A stretch of 64,000 bases of DNA, filler included, from an uncultured bacterium (GTDB taxonomy: Bacteria; DAOPZR01), in the NCBI GenBank assembly GCA_964637655.1. It is 21 parts of 21 records of this genome, joined end to end, with 100 filler letters (N's around TTAATTAATTAA, not from the genome) between each part and the next. Parts side by side here need not be neighbours in the genome. Positions count along the whole stretch, not along the records: positions 50,219 to 53,081 come from CAZWUZ010000381.1; positions 53,182 to 56,042 come from CAZWUZ010000382.1; positions 56,143 to 58,973 come from CAZWUZ010000383.1; positions 59,074 to 61,889 come from CAZWUZ010000384.1; 17 more parts are not named here. The stretch is one strand, 5' to 3'. Shown piece by piece: positions 50,219-61,153 of this stretch; position 1 is the first letter of the stretch, and each line of letters opens with the position of its first letter. The notes under the pieces were generated by a model. The model saw only the letters and a list, made by a program, of their open reading frames with translations, was not told the origin of the DNA and ran no database searches. The position numbers and the translations under genes are program-made.

Positions 50219-51028
50219 GAGGAACGGGTCGAGCATAGTGTTCTGCTCGCGGTCGAGCGCGAGGAGACCGACAAGGACCTGCATAGCGAGCGCGTGCGCT
50301 CCGACGAGGCGCTGACGACGCGGGATGATTTCATGGGGGTCGTCAGCCACGAACTGCGCAATATCCTCGGGGTTATGATCGGTTTCGCGTCGCTGCTGGA
50401 AAAGGAACAGCCGCAGGGGTTCTCCCCGCAGCAGGTGCGCCAGTACGCGCAGCACATTCGCCGCGCGGGCGAGCGGATGAACCGGCTGATCGGCGATCTG
50501 GTGGATGTTGCCAGTATCGAGACCGGCATGCTGACGCTGACGCGCGAGACGGGCGACCTGACGTCAATCGTCACGGAGGCGGTTACCTCCTTCCAGGCCA
50601 GGGCCGTGGCGGCAGGCATAACGCTTGTCACCGAAATAACCGCCCCGCTGCCGCCGGCGCTGTTTGATGCCGCGCGCATCCTGCAGGTGCTCTCCAATCT
50701 GCTCAGCAATGCCATCAAGTTCACCCCGGTTAGCGGGACGATTACGGTCCGGGCCGCACGTCATGGCAATGACATCAGGTGTGCGGTCAGCGATACCGGG
50801 GAGGGGATTCCGGAGAACATGCTGGACAAGGTGTTCGAGCGGTTCGTGCAGGTAACCCTGAGCGACCGGCGCGGTCTGGGACTCGGGCTCTACATCTCGC
50901 GGTGCATTATCCATGGCCATGGCGGCAAAATCCGGGCGGAAAGCCGGCCGGGCGCCGGCAGTACTTTTTCCTTTACGCTGCCGGTCCCCAGCGTGACGCC
51001 GGTGAGTACTGCGGATAATAGTCAATAA
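50219..51028 (+). CDS. Sensor histidine kinase (5' truncated)
   Basis: VSHELRN, NLLSNAIKF, DTGEGI, GLGLGL. Confidence 0.92.
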   Translation, partial: EERVEHSVLLAVEREETDKDLHSERVRSDEALTTRDDFMGVVSHELRNILGVMIGFASLLEKEQPQGFSPQQVRQYAQHIRRAGERMNRLIGDLVDVASIETGMLTLTRETGDLTSIVTEAVTSFQARAVAAGITLVTEITAPLPPALFDAARILQVLSNLLSNAIKFTPVSGTITVRAARHGNDIRCAVSDTGEGIPENMLDKVFERFVQVTLSDRRGLGLGLYISRCIIHGHGGKIRAESRPGAGSTFSFTLPVPSVTPVSTADNSQ

Positions 51029-51298
51029 AATGAGGAGCGTGCCAATGGGCGGAGATAACCGGGATTGGTACAATGTGCTATGAAACAAACGGGACGCGCT
51101 GCGGGCGGTGGAGACGAGGCACCCGGAATGAATGGCGGCGCGGGTGCCATGGCGTGGCTGCATCAGGGCGATGTGGCGGAGACAAGAAGTGCCGGTGACG
51201 CATGGCTGCGTTCACTGGGGGCGCTGAGTAGCGAACAACGCCAGCGAATCTCCGGTTGGTTGTACGGGGATTAATCTTTTGCACGGGGGAGATATCCC

Positions 51299-51865
51299 AT
51301 GAAACGATTGGCGAATTTTATGCTGTGTCTGGTTATGGCGGCGATGTTTGGCGGGTGCGCGACGACCAGTGGCACCACGCCCGCGGAGAAGCGGACCGCG
51401 GTGCAGAACATGCGGCAGGATGTCCTGAATGAACTGTACGGGCTCAAGCCGTCGGTGCGCGAACAGATACGGACAGCGCCGGGCTACGGGGTGTTCAGTG
51501 ACGCCAACATCAACGTTATTCTGGCCAGTTTCAGCGGCGGCTATGGAGTGGTGCGTGACAACGGGAACGGCCGCGACACGTACATGAAGATGGGCGAAGT
51601 GGGACTCGGGTTGGGCTGGGGACTCAAGGATTTCCGCGCGGTGCTGGTGTTCCACGACCGCGAAACCCTGGACCAGTTCATCAACAACGGCTGGCAGTTC
51701 GGCGCGCATGCTGATGCCGCGGCGCAGGCCGGTGATGCGGGCGGGTCGGTGGGCGGCGAAATCCTGCTCGACAACATCACGGTGTATCAGATGACGGAGA
51801 GCGGGCTCGCCTTGCAGGCGACGGTCAAGGGTACCCGCTACTGGCAGGATGACGAACTGAATTGA
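51299..51865 (+). CDS. YSC84/SYLF-related lipoprotein
   Basis: Lipobox FGGC. GYGVF, GLGLGWG, GLALQATVKGTRYW. Confidence 0.8.
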   Translation: MKRLANFMLCLVMAAMFGGCATTSGTTPAEKRTAVQNMRQDVLNELYGLKPSVREQIRTAPGYGVFSDANINVILASFSGGYGVVRDNGNGRDTYMKMGEVGLGLGWGLKDFRAVLVFHDRETLDQFINNGWQFGAHADAAAQAGDAGGSVGGEILLDNITVYQMTESGLALQATVKGTRYWQDDELN

Positions 51866-52011
51866 GACCGCGGGAGTAACTGCTCAGCCGGGCACCGTTC
51901 CCCCCCCCCTCCGGGAGAGAAAACGGTTGCCGGGCTGAACAGTTGCCGGCGCGCGCGGGATGTCCGGCGCGGCCACCCGGTCGGAACACGGGCAGAAGGA
52001 ACGGTGGCGAC

Positions 52012-52899
52012 ATGGCAACACCCGGCGAGAGCGGCCCGGTCAGTGAAGAGACCGCGGCTGAGCGCCTGCAGGGACTGCTGGCTGATGATGTGCTGTCGCT
52101 GGACATGGTCTCCGCGCTGGCGGGCGACCGGCAGTTGACGGACGTCGAGCAGGACTGGTTCGCCGCCTTTGGCAGGAGTCGGGGCCGGCAGTATTATTCC
52201 GACCTGCTCTACGCGATTACCCATCAGTATTTTGCGCCGGAATCCGCGGAACCCCTGTGGGACGAAATCCTGCAGCATAAGCGCCGGCTGGCGCAGGCAC
52301 TGAACCGCAACGTCAGGATCGTCGTGGCGGCGCTGGATTACCTGTCCAACATCACGCCCACCATGGCCTCGGCCACCCTGATCGGGGAACCGCATATTGC
52401 GGAGATTGTCGCCCTGTCGCTGCAGGACGGCCTGACCGGGCTCTTCAACCATACCTACTTTCTGCAGCAGATCGGTCTGGAAGTGAAACGGTGCGTGCGG
52501 TATGGCACCGCTCTCGCCCTGGCGATGATTGATATCGATGACTTCAAAAAGGTCAATGACCGCTTTGGTCACCAGGAAGGCGACCGGATCCTGGCGGCCA
52601 TGGGCGCGACCCTGCTGCAGGTTGCCCGGGATTCGGATATCTGCTGCCGCTATGGCGGTGAGGAACTGGCGGTGATCCTGCCGCTGACCGACCGGCACGA
52701 GGCGGGTGACATCGCCGGCAGAATGAAAACGGCATTGGCCCGCTGCACCCCCGGCGACGGGTCGGCAGTCACCGTCAGCATCGGGGTGGCGGCGTACGGG
52801 AAAGCGGTACACTCGGCCCGCGGCCTGGTGCAGTCCGCTGATGCGGCGCTGTACCGGGCAAAGCAGGATGGCAAGAACCGGGTGGTGGTCAGTCCGTAA
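52012..52899 (+). CDS. Diguanylate cyclase (GGEEL variant)
   Basis: DGLTGLFN, DIDDFKKVND, RDSD I-site, RYGGEEL, AKQDGKNRV. Confidence 0.92.
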   Translation: MATPGESGPVSEETAAERLQGLLADDVLSLDMVSALAGDRQLTDVEQDWFAAFGRSRGRQYYSDLLYAITHQYFAPESAEPLWDEILQHKRRLAQALNRNVRIVVAALDYLSNITPTMASATLIGEPHIAEIVALSLQDGLTGLFNHTYFLQQIGLEVKRCVRYGTALALAMIDIDDFKKVNDRFGHQEGDRILAAMGATLLQVARDSDICCRYGGEELAVILPLTDRHEAGDIAGRMKTALARCTPGDGSAVTVSIGVAAYGKAVHSARGLVQSADAALYRAKQDGKNRVVVSP

Positions 52900-52933
52900 C
52901 CTGCCTGGTCAACGCCGGTCCGGCGCCCGCCGG

Positions 52934-53081
52934 GAACGGCAACTGCTTTACCACGGCACAGCACACGGAGATTTTCACCGTCGGGCACGCAGAGCACACA
53001 GAGCAGTGCAAGGCGAGGGAGCAAGCGATCAGCCGGTGGCGGACAAAGCCGCCACGAACATGCACGACCGACAGCAGCACG
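52934..53081. repeat. Degenerate copy of the 6005-6408 repeat family
   Basis: GAACGGCAACTGCTTTACCAC is identical to 6135-6155. Also GCAGAGCACACAGAGCA and CACGAC(C/A)GACAGCAGCACG at the contig end. Confidence 0.8.
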
Positions 53082-53183
53082 NNNNNNNNNNNNNNNNNNN
53101 NNNNNNNNNNNNNNNNNNNNNNNNNTTAATTAATTAANNNNNNNNNNNNNNNNNNNNNNNNNNNNNNNNNNNNNNNNNNNNGG

Positions 53184-53633
53184 AAACTCTTCATTCACAG
53201 TCTGCCCGGGCGCTTCGAAAATCTCGCGGCATTCAACGTCACGGCGCAGGAGTATGGCATCAGGAAGGTGGTCGCGCTCCCGCCGCTGGCCGAGATGCGC
53301 GAGAAGTCCCCGGTCTACGCCGAGGCGCTGGTGGCCGGTGTGCTCCCCTATCCCGTGCAGCAGCATCCGCTCCCCGATCACAGCGCGCCGCGCGACATGG
53401 ATGCCTTCCTCGATCTGGCGCGTGGCATCTCGGGCGATCTGCGCAGCGGCATGACCGTGCTCGTCCATTGCGCCTCGGGCATCAACCGCACCGGCCTGCT
53501 GGCGGCGCTGATTCTCTGCTGTCTTGGCGAATCGCTGCCGCGCGCGCTGGCTAATGTGCACTCCGCCGGCTGTTGTCTCGAACCGTCACAACATGCCGCC
53601 GCCGTGCAAATTGCAGCCAGCGCAAAGGGGTAA
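53184..53633 (+). CDS. Protein-tyrosine/dual-specificity phosphatase (5' truncated)
   Basis: VLVHCASGINRTG (CX5R). Confidence 0.88.
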   Translation, partial: KLFIHSLPGRFENLAAFNVTAQEYGIRKVVALPPLAEMREKSPVYAEALVAGVLPYPVQQHPLPDHSAPRDMDAFLDLARGISGDLRSGMTVLVHCASGINRTGLLAALILCCLGESLPRALANVHSAGCCLEPSQHAAAVQIAASAKG

Positions 53634-53649
53634 AAAGAGGGGCCAAAAG

Positions 53650-53697
53650 AGGGGCCATACTGACACATTTACACATGTTATCCACAGGTTATCCACA
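53650..53697 (+). repeat. Left arm of ~48-bp inverted repeat with two DnaA-box consensus sequences
   Basis: AGGGGCCATACTGACACATTTACACATGTTATCCACAGGTTATCCACA. Confidence 0.85.
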
Positions 53698-53736
53698 TTG
53701 CTGAGACGTGTTGGGGTAAAAAGCAGGGCAAACTGT

Positions 53737-55560
53737 TTAGTTTGTCGGGGTTTCCTGCAGCAGCTGCTGCAGGCGGGCGTTGTCGGGATAGAGGCGCAGC
53801 GCATACTGCCACTGGGCGCGCGCGCGGGCACTGTCACCTGACGCGCGCAGCGCGAGGCCGAGCCCGATATGCGATTCGAGGTCGTACGGGTTGAGGCGGA
53901 GCGCCTGCTGATACGTACTGATGGCGACCGGGTACTCCTGCAGCAGGAAGAGCGTGTGCCCGAGATTGCGGTGCGCGACGTAATGGTTGCGGTCGAGGCG
54001 GATGGCTGCCCGGTAATTGTCGGCGGCCCCGCGGTAATTTCCCTGCTGGAACAGCCCATTGCCTTCACGCACGAGCGCGTTGGGGGAGCGGGCTTCCGCC
54101 TGCTCCTGCGGCGCGCTGGGCCGTGAAGTGAAGGCGCCGGCGAGCTGCTCGGCCTTGCTGCGGTCGAGTTCAAGCAGGCGCTGGTAGCATTCCTGCGCGC
54201 CGGCCTCGTCATCCTGGGCGAGCAGCGCCATGCCGAGCGCGTACCACGCGGTCGGATCGGCCGGGCGGTGTGTGATGACCGCGCGCATCTGCTGCGCGGC
54301 ATCGGCGAAACGGCGGTCGCTGAAGTAGGCGGCGCCGAGCATCAGCCGGTCGTCGTCTGTCCCCTGACCTGAACGGAGCACCATTTCCAGCGCGGCGACG
54401 GCGTTCGGATAGTTCTGCACCTGCATGTGACAATGCGCGAGCATGCGCCACGCGGCGATAAGCCCGGCATCACGCTGCACGAGCGCTTCGAGCAGGGCGA
54501 TGCCGGCGGCAAAATCGCCGCGGCGGATGGCGAGCGCCGCCTCGCGCAGCTGCTGCTCGACCTGCGAAACGACGACGGCGCGCAGCGGCACCGGCTGCGC
54601 ACCCTGCGTGACATCAAAGACGCAGGAGACGGGGAGCGCGAAGTTGAGCTGCTGCGCGTGCTGCAGCATGGCGGTGTTGATGCCGAGGACATGCCCCGCC
54701 TCGTCGAGCAGCGGCCCGCCGCTGTTTCCCTGGTTGATGGGGACGTCGGTCTGGATCACCTTGCCGCGGAAGTCGGGCATGTCGCGCACGGCGGAGATGA
54801 TGCCGCGGGTGACGGTGGCGGCAAGTCCGCGCGGGGAACCGATGGCGTAGACCGCTTCGCCCGGCTGCGGCTCGGCCGCGCGCACGAGCAGGCCGCGCGC
54901 GCGCAGGCCGCCGGCCAGCTGCAGCACGGCGACATCACGCTCGACGCTGTAGCCGATAACACTGGCCACTTCGTGCACTGACTGTTCCTGCCCCTGCCAT
55001 TTCCCGTCGGGACCGGCGGAGAAGAAAACCGCGGCGCGCGAGGCGCCCTCGATGACGTGGAAATTGGTCACGAGCCAGCCGGAGGGGGCAAGCAGGAAGC
55101 CGCTCCCCAGGCCGATGGTCTCGCCGGCATCGTTGTAGGTGTAGATGGTGCCGACCGCGGGTTGCGCCGAGGCGATCATCGCCGCCAGCGTGCCGGTGTC
55201 GATGCGCAGGGCATTGGCAGGATCGCCGGATGCATCCACCCGCAGCGCTGCAGTATCACCGAGCAGGAACTGCCCGAGCGGAGTGCGGCTGAGCGGCTGG
55301 CGGTGGATATGCGCGAGGATGAGTCCGGCGATCAGGGCGACCGTGGCGCCGCCGAAAATGAGGAACAGTATCAGGCGGCGGCGGCGCTGGCGGTGCGCGG
55401 CGAACGGGTAACCGCATTGCGGGCAGACGGCTGTCCCGGTGGCGACCTGGCGGCCGCAGTCAGGGCAGGCGCGGCCGAGGTCGCGGTTGCCGCAATGCGG
55501 GCAGGCCTGTGCGCTCGCGCTTACCTGCTGGTTGCATTCAGGACAGTTGATCAGCGCCAT
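53737..55560 (-). CDS. Double zinc-ribbon, TM, trypsin-like serine protease and TPR protein
   Basis: Four CxxC pairs, GSGF, TNFHVI, DVAVL, GNSGGP, multiple TPRs. GGAGGT RBS before ATG 55560. Confidence 0.9.
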   Translation of the reverse strand: MALINCPECNQQVSASAQACPHCGNRDLGRACPDCGRQVATGTAVCPQCGYPFAAHRQRRRRLILFLIFGGATVALIAGLILAHIHRQPLSRTPLGQFLLGDTAALRVDASGDPANALRIDTGTLAAMIASAQPAVGTIYTYNDAGETIGLGSGFLLAPSGWLVTNFHVIEGASRAAVFFSAGPDGKWQGQEQSVHEVASVIGYSVERDVAVLQLAGGLRARGLLVRAAEPQPGEAVYAIGSPRGLAATVTRGIISAVRDMPDFRGKVIQTDVPINQGNSGGPLLDEAGHVLGINTAMLQHAQQLNFALPVSCVFDVTQGAQPVPLRAVVVSQVEQQLREAALAIRRGDFAAGIALLEALVQRDAGLIAAWRMLAHCHMQVQNYPNAVAALEMVLRSGQGTDDDRLMLGAAYFSDRRFADAAQQMRAVITHRPADPTAWYALGMALLAQDDEAGAQECYQRLLELDRSKAEQLAGAFTSRPSAPQEQAEARSPNALVREGNGLFQQGNYRGAADNYRAAIRLDRNHYVAHRNLGHTLFLLQEYPVAISTYQQALRLNPYDLESHIGLGLALRASGDSARARAQWQYALRLYPDNARLQQLLQETPTN

Positions 55561-55594
55561 ACCTCCCCTATACCACCTCCCTTGCCATTTGGCA

Positions 55595-55691
55595 AGTAAA
55601 ATGGGGACACACACTTTTAGTAAAATGGGGACACACACTTTTAGAAAGTGCTGAAATCAGCACTGCAAAAAGGGGACACACACTTTCAGAA
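55595..55691. repeat. GGGGACACACACTTT repeat x3 with a GTGCTGA/TCAGCAC hairpin
   Basis: 24-bp tandem unit x2 plus a third core. The same motif occurs in reverse at 25316-25360. Confidence 0.85.
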
Positions 55692-55729
55692 CGGTCTTAG
55701 ACCAGAATGTCAAGATATTGACGGATTTT

Positions 55730-55778
55730 TGTGGATAACTATGTGGATAACCTGTGTCAATGTGCTAGTATGGCCCCT
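55730..55778 (-). repeat. Right arm of ~48-bp inverted repeat with two DnaA-box consensus sequences
   Basis: Reverse complement AGGGGCCATACTAGCACATTGACACAGGTTATCCACATAGTTATCCACA. Confidence 0.85.
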
Positions 55779-55836
55779 TTTTTCTTTTTTGCAACGCGGA
55801 GGAAAGGACGGCTGTATATGGGGGCAGGAGGGGGAA

Positions 55837-56042
55837 ATGAAGACACTTGCGCTGCGGCCGGTGATGACGGATGGACAGTACATGGAGGCGCTGCAGGCGC
55901 TGTTTGCGGCGCTGGATGCATGGCGCAGCCACCGGGGGAGCGAGGAGGGGGCGATGGCGGCACGGCGCATCTTCCGCCGGCGGCTCGACCTCGGGCGGCG
56001 TCTCGGGGCCAACCTGTTCGCTGATCGTCTGGCGCGGCGCCT
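55837..56042 (+). CDS. Hypothetical protein (3' truncated)
   Basis: GGAGG RBS. Open to the contig end. Confidence 0.45.
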
Positions 56043-56142
56043 NNNNNNNNNNNNNNNNNNNNNNNNNNNNNNNNNNNNNNNNNNNNTTAATTAATTAANN
56101 NNNNNNNNNNNNNNNNNNNNNNNNNNNNNNNNNNNNNNNNNN

Positions 56143-57021
56143 ATGCTGCGCCCGCTGGTCGAGTTCGTCCCCGTCTGTGCGGAATGTGAGATCGGGCTGG
56201 GCGTGCCGCGCGAGCCGGTGCGGGTCGTCCAGCAGCAGAACGAACTGCGTCTCGTGCAGCCCGCCACCGGGTACGATGCGACCAAACCCATGCTCGCCTT
56301 CTGCCGCGCGTGGCTGACGGAGGCCGGGGAGCCCGACGGTTTCCTGCTCAAGAGCAAGTCCCCCTCCTGTGGCATCAGCGATGTGAAAATCTACCCGTCG
56401 GCGGGGAAGGTCCCGGCGCTCGGGCGCGGCCGCGGTTTTTTCGGCGGCATGGTGGGCGAACTTTATCCGGAAGCGCCGGCGGAAGACGAGGCGCGGCTGA
56501 CCAATTTTCGCCTGCGTGAGCACTGGCTGACGCAGGTCTGGACACGCGCGCGGCTGCGCGCGGCGCGCAGCAAGGGAACGATGGGTGCGCTGGTCGCCTT
56601 CCATGCGGCGCACAAGTATCTCATCCAGACGCACAGCGAAAAGGAACTGCGCGCGCTGGGCAAAATTGTCGCCAATGCGGAGAAACTTCCCGCGCGCGNN
56701 NNNNNNNNGGTCTTCGCGCGCTACGCGGCGGGCCTGACACGCGCGCTGGCGGCCCCCGCGCGGCTGACCGCGGTCATCAACGTGTTGCAACACATGCAGG
56801 GTTTTGCCGCGGAGCAGCTGACCGCGGGCGAGAAACGGCACTTCGCCGCGCTGCTGGATAAGTACCGTGCGGGGAACATCCCGCTGAGCGCGCTGGCCAC
56901 TGTCGTGCAGGGCTGGGTGGTGCGCTACGACCTGACGTACCTTGCCGGGCAGGCGTTTTTCGCCCCCTATCCGGAACAACTGGTCACCATCAGCGACTCC
57001 GGCAAAGGCCGCAACCTGTAG
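56143..57021 (+). CDS. DUF523+DUF1722 (YbgA / 2-thiouracil desulfurase-like) protein, 5' truncated, internal N gap
   Basis: VPVCAECEIGLGVPREP, KSKSPSCG, FHAAHKY, NVLQHMQG, FFAPYP. Confidence 0.88.
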   Translation: MLRPLVEFVPVCAECEIGLGVPREPVRVVQQQNELRLVQPATGYDATKPMLAFCRAWLTEAGEPDGFLLKSKSPSCGISDVKIYPSAGKVPALGRGRGFFGGMVGELYPEAPAEDEARLTNFRLREHWLTQVWTRARLRAARSKGTMGALVAFHAAHKYLIQTHSEKELRALGKIVANAEKLPARXXXXVFARYAAGLTRALAAPARLTAVINVLQHMQGFAAEQLTAGEKRHFAALLDKYRAGNIPLSALATVVQGWVVRYDLTYLAGQAFFAPYPEQLVTISDSGKGRNL

Positions 57022-57022
57022 C

Positions 57023-57382
57023 GTGGAGCGACCCAAAACCGCAACGCTTGTTGTCCTGAACGTCAGTGTGTGGATACTCGCCTGTAGTGCAGGCTATGTC
57101 TTGTGCCCGACGTTTCACAAAGCCCTGATGCTCGGCTGGTGGCTTGTTGTTTTTGGCGCCGGGGTGTCAATTGCCGGACAACTGCTGCTGCACCAGATGC
57201 TGCGCGGGAGAAAAATATCGTCGTGGCTGCGGACAGCACTATTCGCCATTCCCGTACTGGTGACGGTAGTGCCGGTTGCCGGAGTGTTTGTGCTGCTCGG
57301 CCCTTCCGTCAAGCCGGTGTACGGTCGGGCACAGCAGGAAAATCTCAGGCCTATGACGCAGGCTGATACCCCTGCGCTTTGA
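57023..57382 (+). CDS. Hypothetical 3-TM membrane protein
   Basis: Hydrophobic ORF between co-oriented genes. Confidence 0.55.
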   Translation: MERPKTATLVVLNVSVWILACSAGYVLCPTFHKALMLGWWLVVFGAGVSIAGQLLLHQMLRGRKISSWLRTALFAIPVLVTVVPVAGVFVLLGPSVKPVYGRAQQENLRPMTQADTPAL

Positions 57383-57413
57383 CGCAGGCTGAACGACTGG
57401 CGGAAAACGGAAC

Positions 57414-58397
57414 ATGCGCATCGGCTATCCCTGCATCAATTACACGCTGGCCTGCCGCGGCAACAAGCGTTTTATCCTGAAATCGTACTCCGCGGCGCGG
57501 CTCGAAGAAACGGTCGCGGGCAATCTCGACTGCCTGCGGCAGATGCTGGCATTCAACCGCGACCACGGACTGCTCTATTTCCGCATCTCCTCCGACCTCG
57601 TCCCGTTCGCCTCGCATCCTGTCTGCACCTTCGACTGGCGCACGCGTTTTGCCCGCGAACTGGCCGCACTCGGCGCTTTTGCGCGCACGGCGAAGATGCG
57701 GCTGACGATGCATCCCGACCAGTTCGTCCTGCTCAATGCGCTGGACGAGCGCATTGTCGCGCGCAGCATCGCGGAACTGCAGTACCATGCCGACGTGTTC
57801 GACCTGATGAAAATGCCCGCCACGGCGAAAATCCAGATCCATGTCGGCGGTGTGTATGGCGACAAGGAAGCGGCGCTGGCGCGTTTTACGGCGGTATACG
57901 GAAAACTGCCGGCAGGCATACGCCGGCGGCTGGTCATTGAGAACGACGAACGACTGTTCGGCATCGACGATTGCCTGCGCCTGCACGAACGCACCGGCAT
58001 TCCCGTGCTCTGCGATGTGTTCCATCATGCCTGCTATGGCGGCAGCATGACCGTGACGGAAGCATTGCGCGCGGCAGCACGTACCTGGCGCAAGGCCGAC
58101 GGCATTCTGCTCATCGACTACAGCGAACAGGCGGCGGGGGCGCGCACCGGGGCGCATGCCGCAACGCTGACGGACGCTGCGTTCCGCGCTTTCCTGCGCG
58201 CGTCGCGCGGCATCGACGGCGATGTGCTGCTGGAAATCAAGGACAAGGAACAGAGCGCGTTGCGGGCGTTGCGCCTCGCGGCGCGTGACCCGCGGCTGGT
58301 TACGGGCGGCGCAGGGCGCGCAGCAGGCAGTACACGCCGAGCAGGAACGTCCCGAGCGTCAGCGACAGCAGCGTCGGCAGCCGCTTCAATGCAATGA
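57414..58397 (+). CDS. uvsE: UV DNA damage endonuclease
   Basis: MRIGYPCIN, FRISSD, MHPDQF, IHVGGVYGDK, IENDE, DVFHH, LEIKDKE. Confidence 0.93.
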   Translation: MRIGYPCINYTLACRGNKRFILKSYSAARLEETVAGNLDCLRQMLAFNRDHGLLYFRISSDLVPFASHPVCTFDWRTRFARELAALGAFARTAKMRLTMHPDQFVLLNALDERIVARSIAELQYHADVFDLMKMPATAKIQIHVGGVYGDKEAALARFTAVYGKLPAGIRRRLVIENDERLFGIDDCLRLHERTGIPVLCDVFHHACYGGSMTVTEALRAAARTWRKADGILLIDYSEQAAGARTGAHAATLTDAAFRAFLRASRGIDGDVLLEIKDKEQSALRALRLAARDPRLVTGGAGRAAGSTRRAGTSRASATAASAAASMQ

Positions 58398-58973
58398 CGC
58401 ATTCGCCCGTGGGTACTGCCACCGCGGGATAGGCGCCGAACACCGTATCGTACGGGGTCTCTCTCCCGTCGATCAACAGCCGCAACCCCGGATAGACAAG
58501 TGTTTGCAGCACAAGCATCGCGGGACTCTCCACGCGGCAGCGGAACGAGGTCTGCCCGTTGTGAATGACGGCGCCGGGCACGGGGGTGTACGCATGCAGG
58601 CGCAGCGCATCTTCGGGCTGCTGCATGCCCGCCAGAACGTCCGGAGCAATGAGCAGGGCGTCAGGGAGCGGTCGTGGCAGGGAAAAGATGCGCGGCGCTT
58701 CCCGCCGGGCGTCTGGCGAAATCATGCGCCAGTCCGGGGCGCCGATGAACGGCTGCCCGTCAATCTCCCGACGTGCGTAGACGTAGCCGACGCCGCAGTT
58801 CTGCAGCAGTGCGGAGAACGCGCTGGCGGGGAGATCCTGCCGCGCATGCAGTGCCCGCAGCCGTTCGCCGACGGCCACCTGCGCGGGGCTGTAGGCGAGG
58901 AAGGTGCGCTGCTGCGCGAACGCGGCGGCAAGCCCGTAGCGGTAGCGGAAATGCTCCGCGGCATAGTCAACAA
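58300..58973 (-). CDS. YfhO-like membrane protein, C-terminal fragment
   Basis: LVLQTLVYPGLRLLIDG...PAVAVPTG followed by a C-terminal TM. Confidence 0.6.
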
Positions 58974-59073
58974 NNNNNNNNNNNNNNNNNNNNNNNNNNN
59001 NNNNNNNNNNNNNNNNNTTAATTAATTAANNNNNNNNNNNNNNNNNNNNNNNNNNNNNNNNNNNNNNNNNNNN

Positions 59074-60112
<1,039 letters not shown>

Positions 60113-61150
60113 TTACCAGCGGCGCCGGCGGCGTTCCGCCCGCCGCAGTCCCGCCAGGTTTTCCTTCAGTACCGCATTGCCCGGGTCGCGCTTCAGCCCG
60201 GCCTGCAGAAACGACAGCGCCTCGCGCCGCTCACCCATCTCGGCGAGCACGCCCGCGAGATTGCAGTAGGCCCGGATGCAGTCCGGGTCGAGCGCGATGG
60301 CCCGCTCATAGAATTCCGCCGCGCGACCGAGCGCTCCCTGCGCCCGCAGGTCATTGCCGCGGTTGAACCAGCCGGTGGCGTCATCCGTGTCGTCAGCGGG
60401 CGCCACCGCTGCCGCCACGGCTGCCGCGGTCAGTTCCGGGAACGGCAGGTCAATGCCTGCCGGCCCGGGTGGCGGCCCGACGGGAAGTGCCGGTTCCTCA
60501 AGCAGCGCGGTCATTTCCCCCGCGTCGGGCGCCGGCAGTTCCGGCAGCGGCTGCGCGAGCAGTTCCTGCGCCGCCCGTTCCGCATCAAACGCGGGGGGCG
60601 GCGGCACGGCAGCAACTGCCGGCAGTTCCGGTTCCGACGGCGCCGCTTCCGCGCTCTCCGTCGCTGCCACCGCCGGTGCGGGCGGTTCCGGCAGTTCGAG
60701 CAGGCGGTCGAAATCAAACTCCGCCACGGCCGGTGCGTCCGGTACCGCCGGCAGTTCTGCCACGGGGGCGGGTGCGTCGGGCACGGGCAACTGCTCCGGT
60801 ACCGACGGGGCTGCTTCCGCGCTTTCCGTTGCCGGCGGTTCCGCCAGCCGTTCCTCCGCGGCAGCTGTCGCGGGCGCCGTGTGCTCCGCTTCCGGCAGTG
60901 CCGCCGCCAGTTCCGCGTCGAGCCGTTCCGCCACCGGGGCCGACTCGAATCCCGTCCCGAGAAACGCCGGCGTTTCCGCCGCGCTCAGGCCCAGCGAGCG
61001 CCAGAGTTCGTCGTCAAGGTCGCCGGCGACAGGCGGGGGGGGCGGCGACGGCAGCGCCGACTCGGGCGTCGCCGCCAGCAGGTCGTCAAGGTCGCGGAAC
61101 AGGTCGTTCAGCGCGTCCGGTTTGAGCGTCTCGTCGTTTGTCTCCGTCAT
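60113..61150 (-). CDS. Acidic Pro/Ala low-complexity protein with C-terminal TPR
   Basis: Repeated ATESAEAAPS units and two C-terminal TPRs. Confidence 0.75.
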   Translation of the reverse strand: MTETNDETLKPDALNDLFRDLDDLLAATPESALPSPPPPPVAGDLDDELWRSLGLSAAETPAFLGTGFESAPVAERLDAELAAALPEAEHTAPATAAAEERLAEPPATESAEAAPSVPEQLPVPDAPAPVAELPAVPDAPAVAEFDFDRLLELPEPPAPAVAATESAEAAPSEPELPAVAAVPPPPAFDAERAAQELLAQPLPELPAPDAGEMTALLEEPALPVGPPPGPAGIDLPFPELTAAAVAAAVAPADDTDDATGWFNRGNDLRAQGALGRAAEFYERAIALDPDCIRAYCNLAGVLAEMGERREALSFLQAGLKRDPGNAVLKENLAGLRRAERRRRRW

Positions 61151-61153
61151 GCC

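Noticed and set aside
51880-52010. GC-rich hairpin upstream of a GGDEF gene as a c-di-GMP riboswitch
   Set aside because: Could not match class I or class II consensus by eye. An Infernal search would settle it.
53650-55778. DnaA boxes as the chromosomal origin
   Set aside because: Only two pairs 2 kb apart around a gene, with no dnaA/dnaN and no clear unwinding element. Kept as an inverted-repeat finding.
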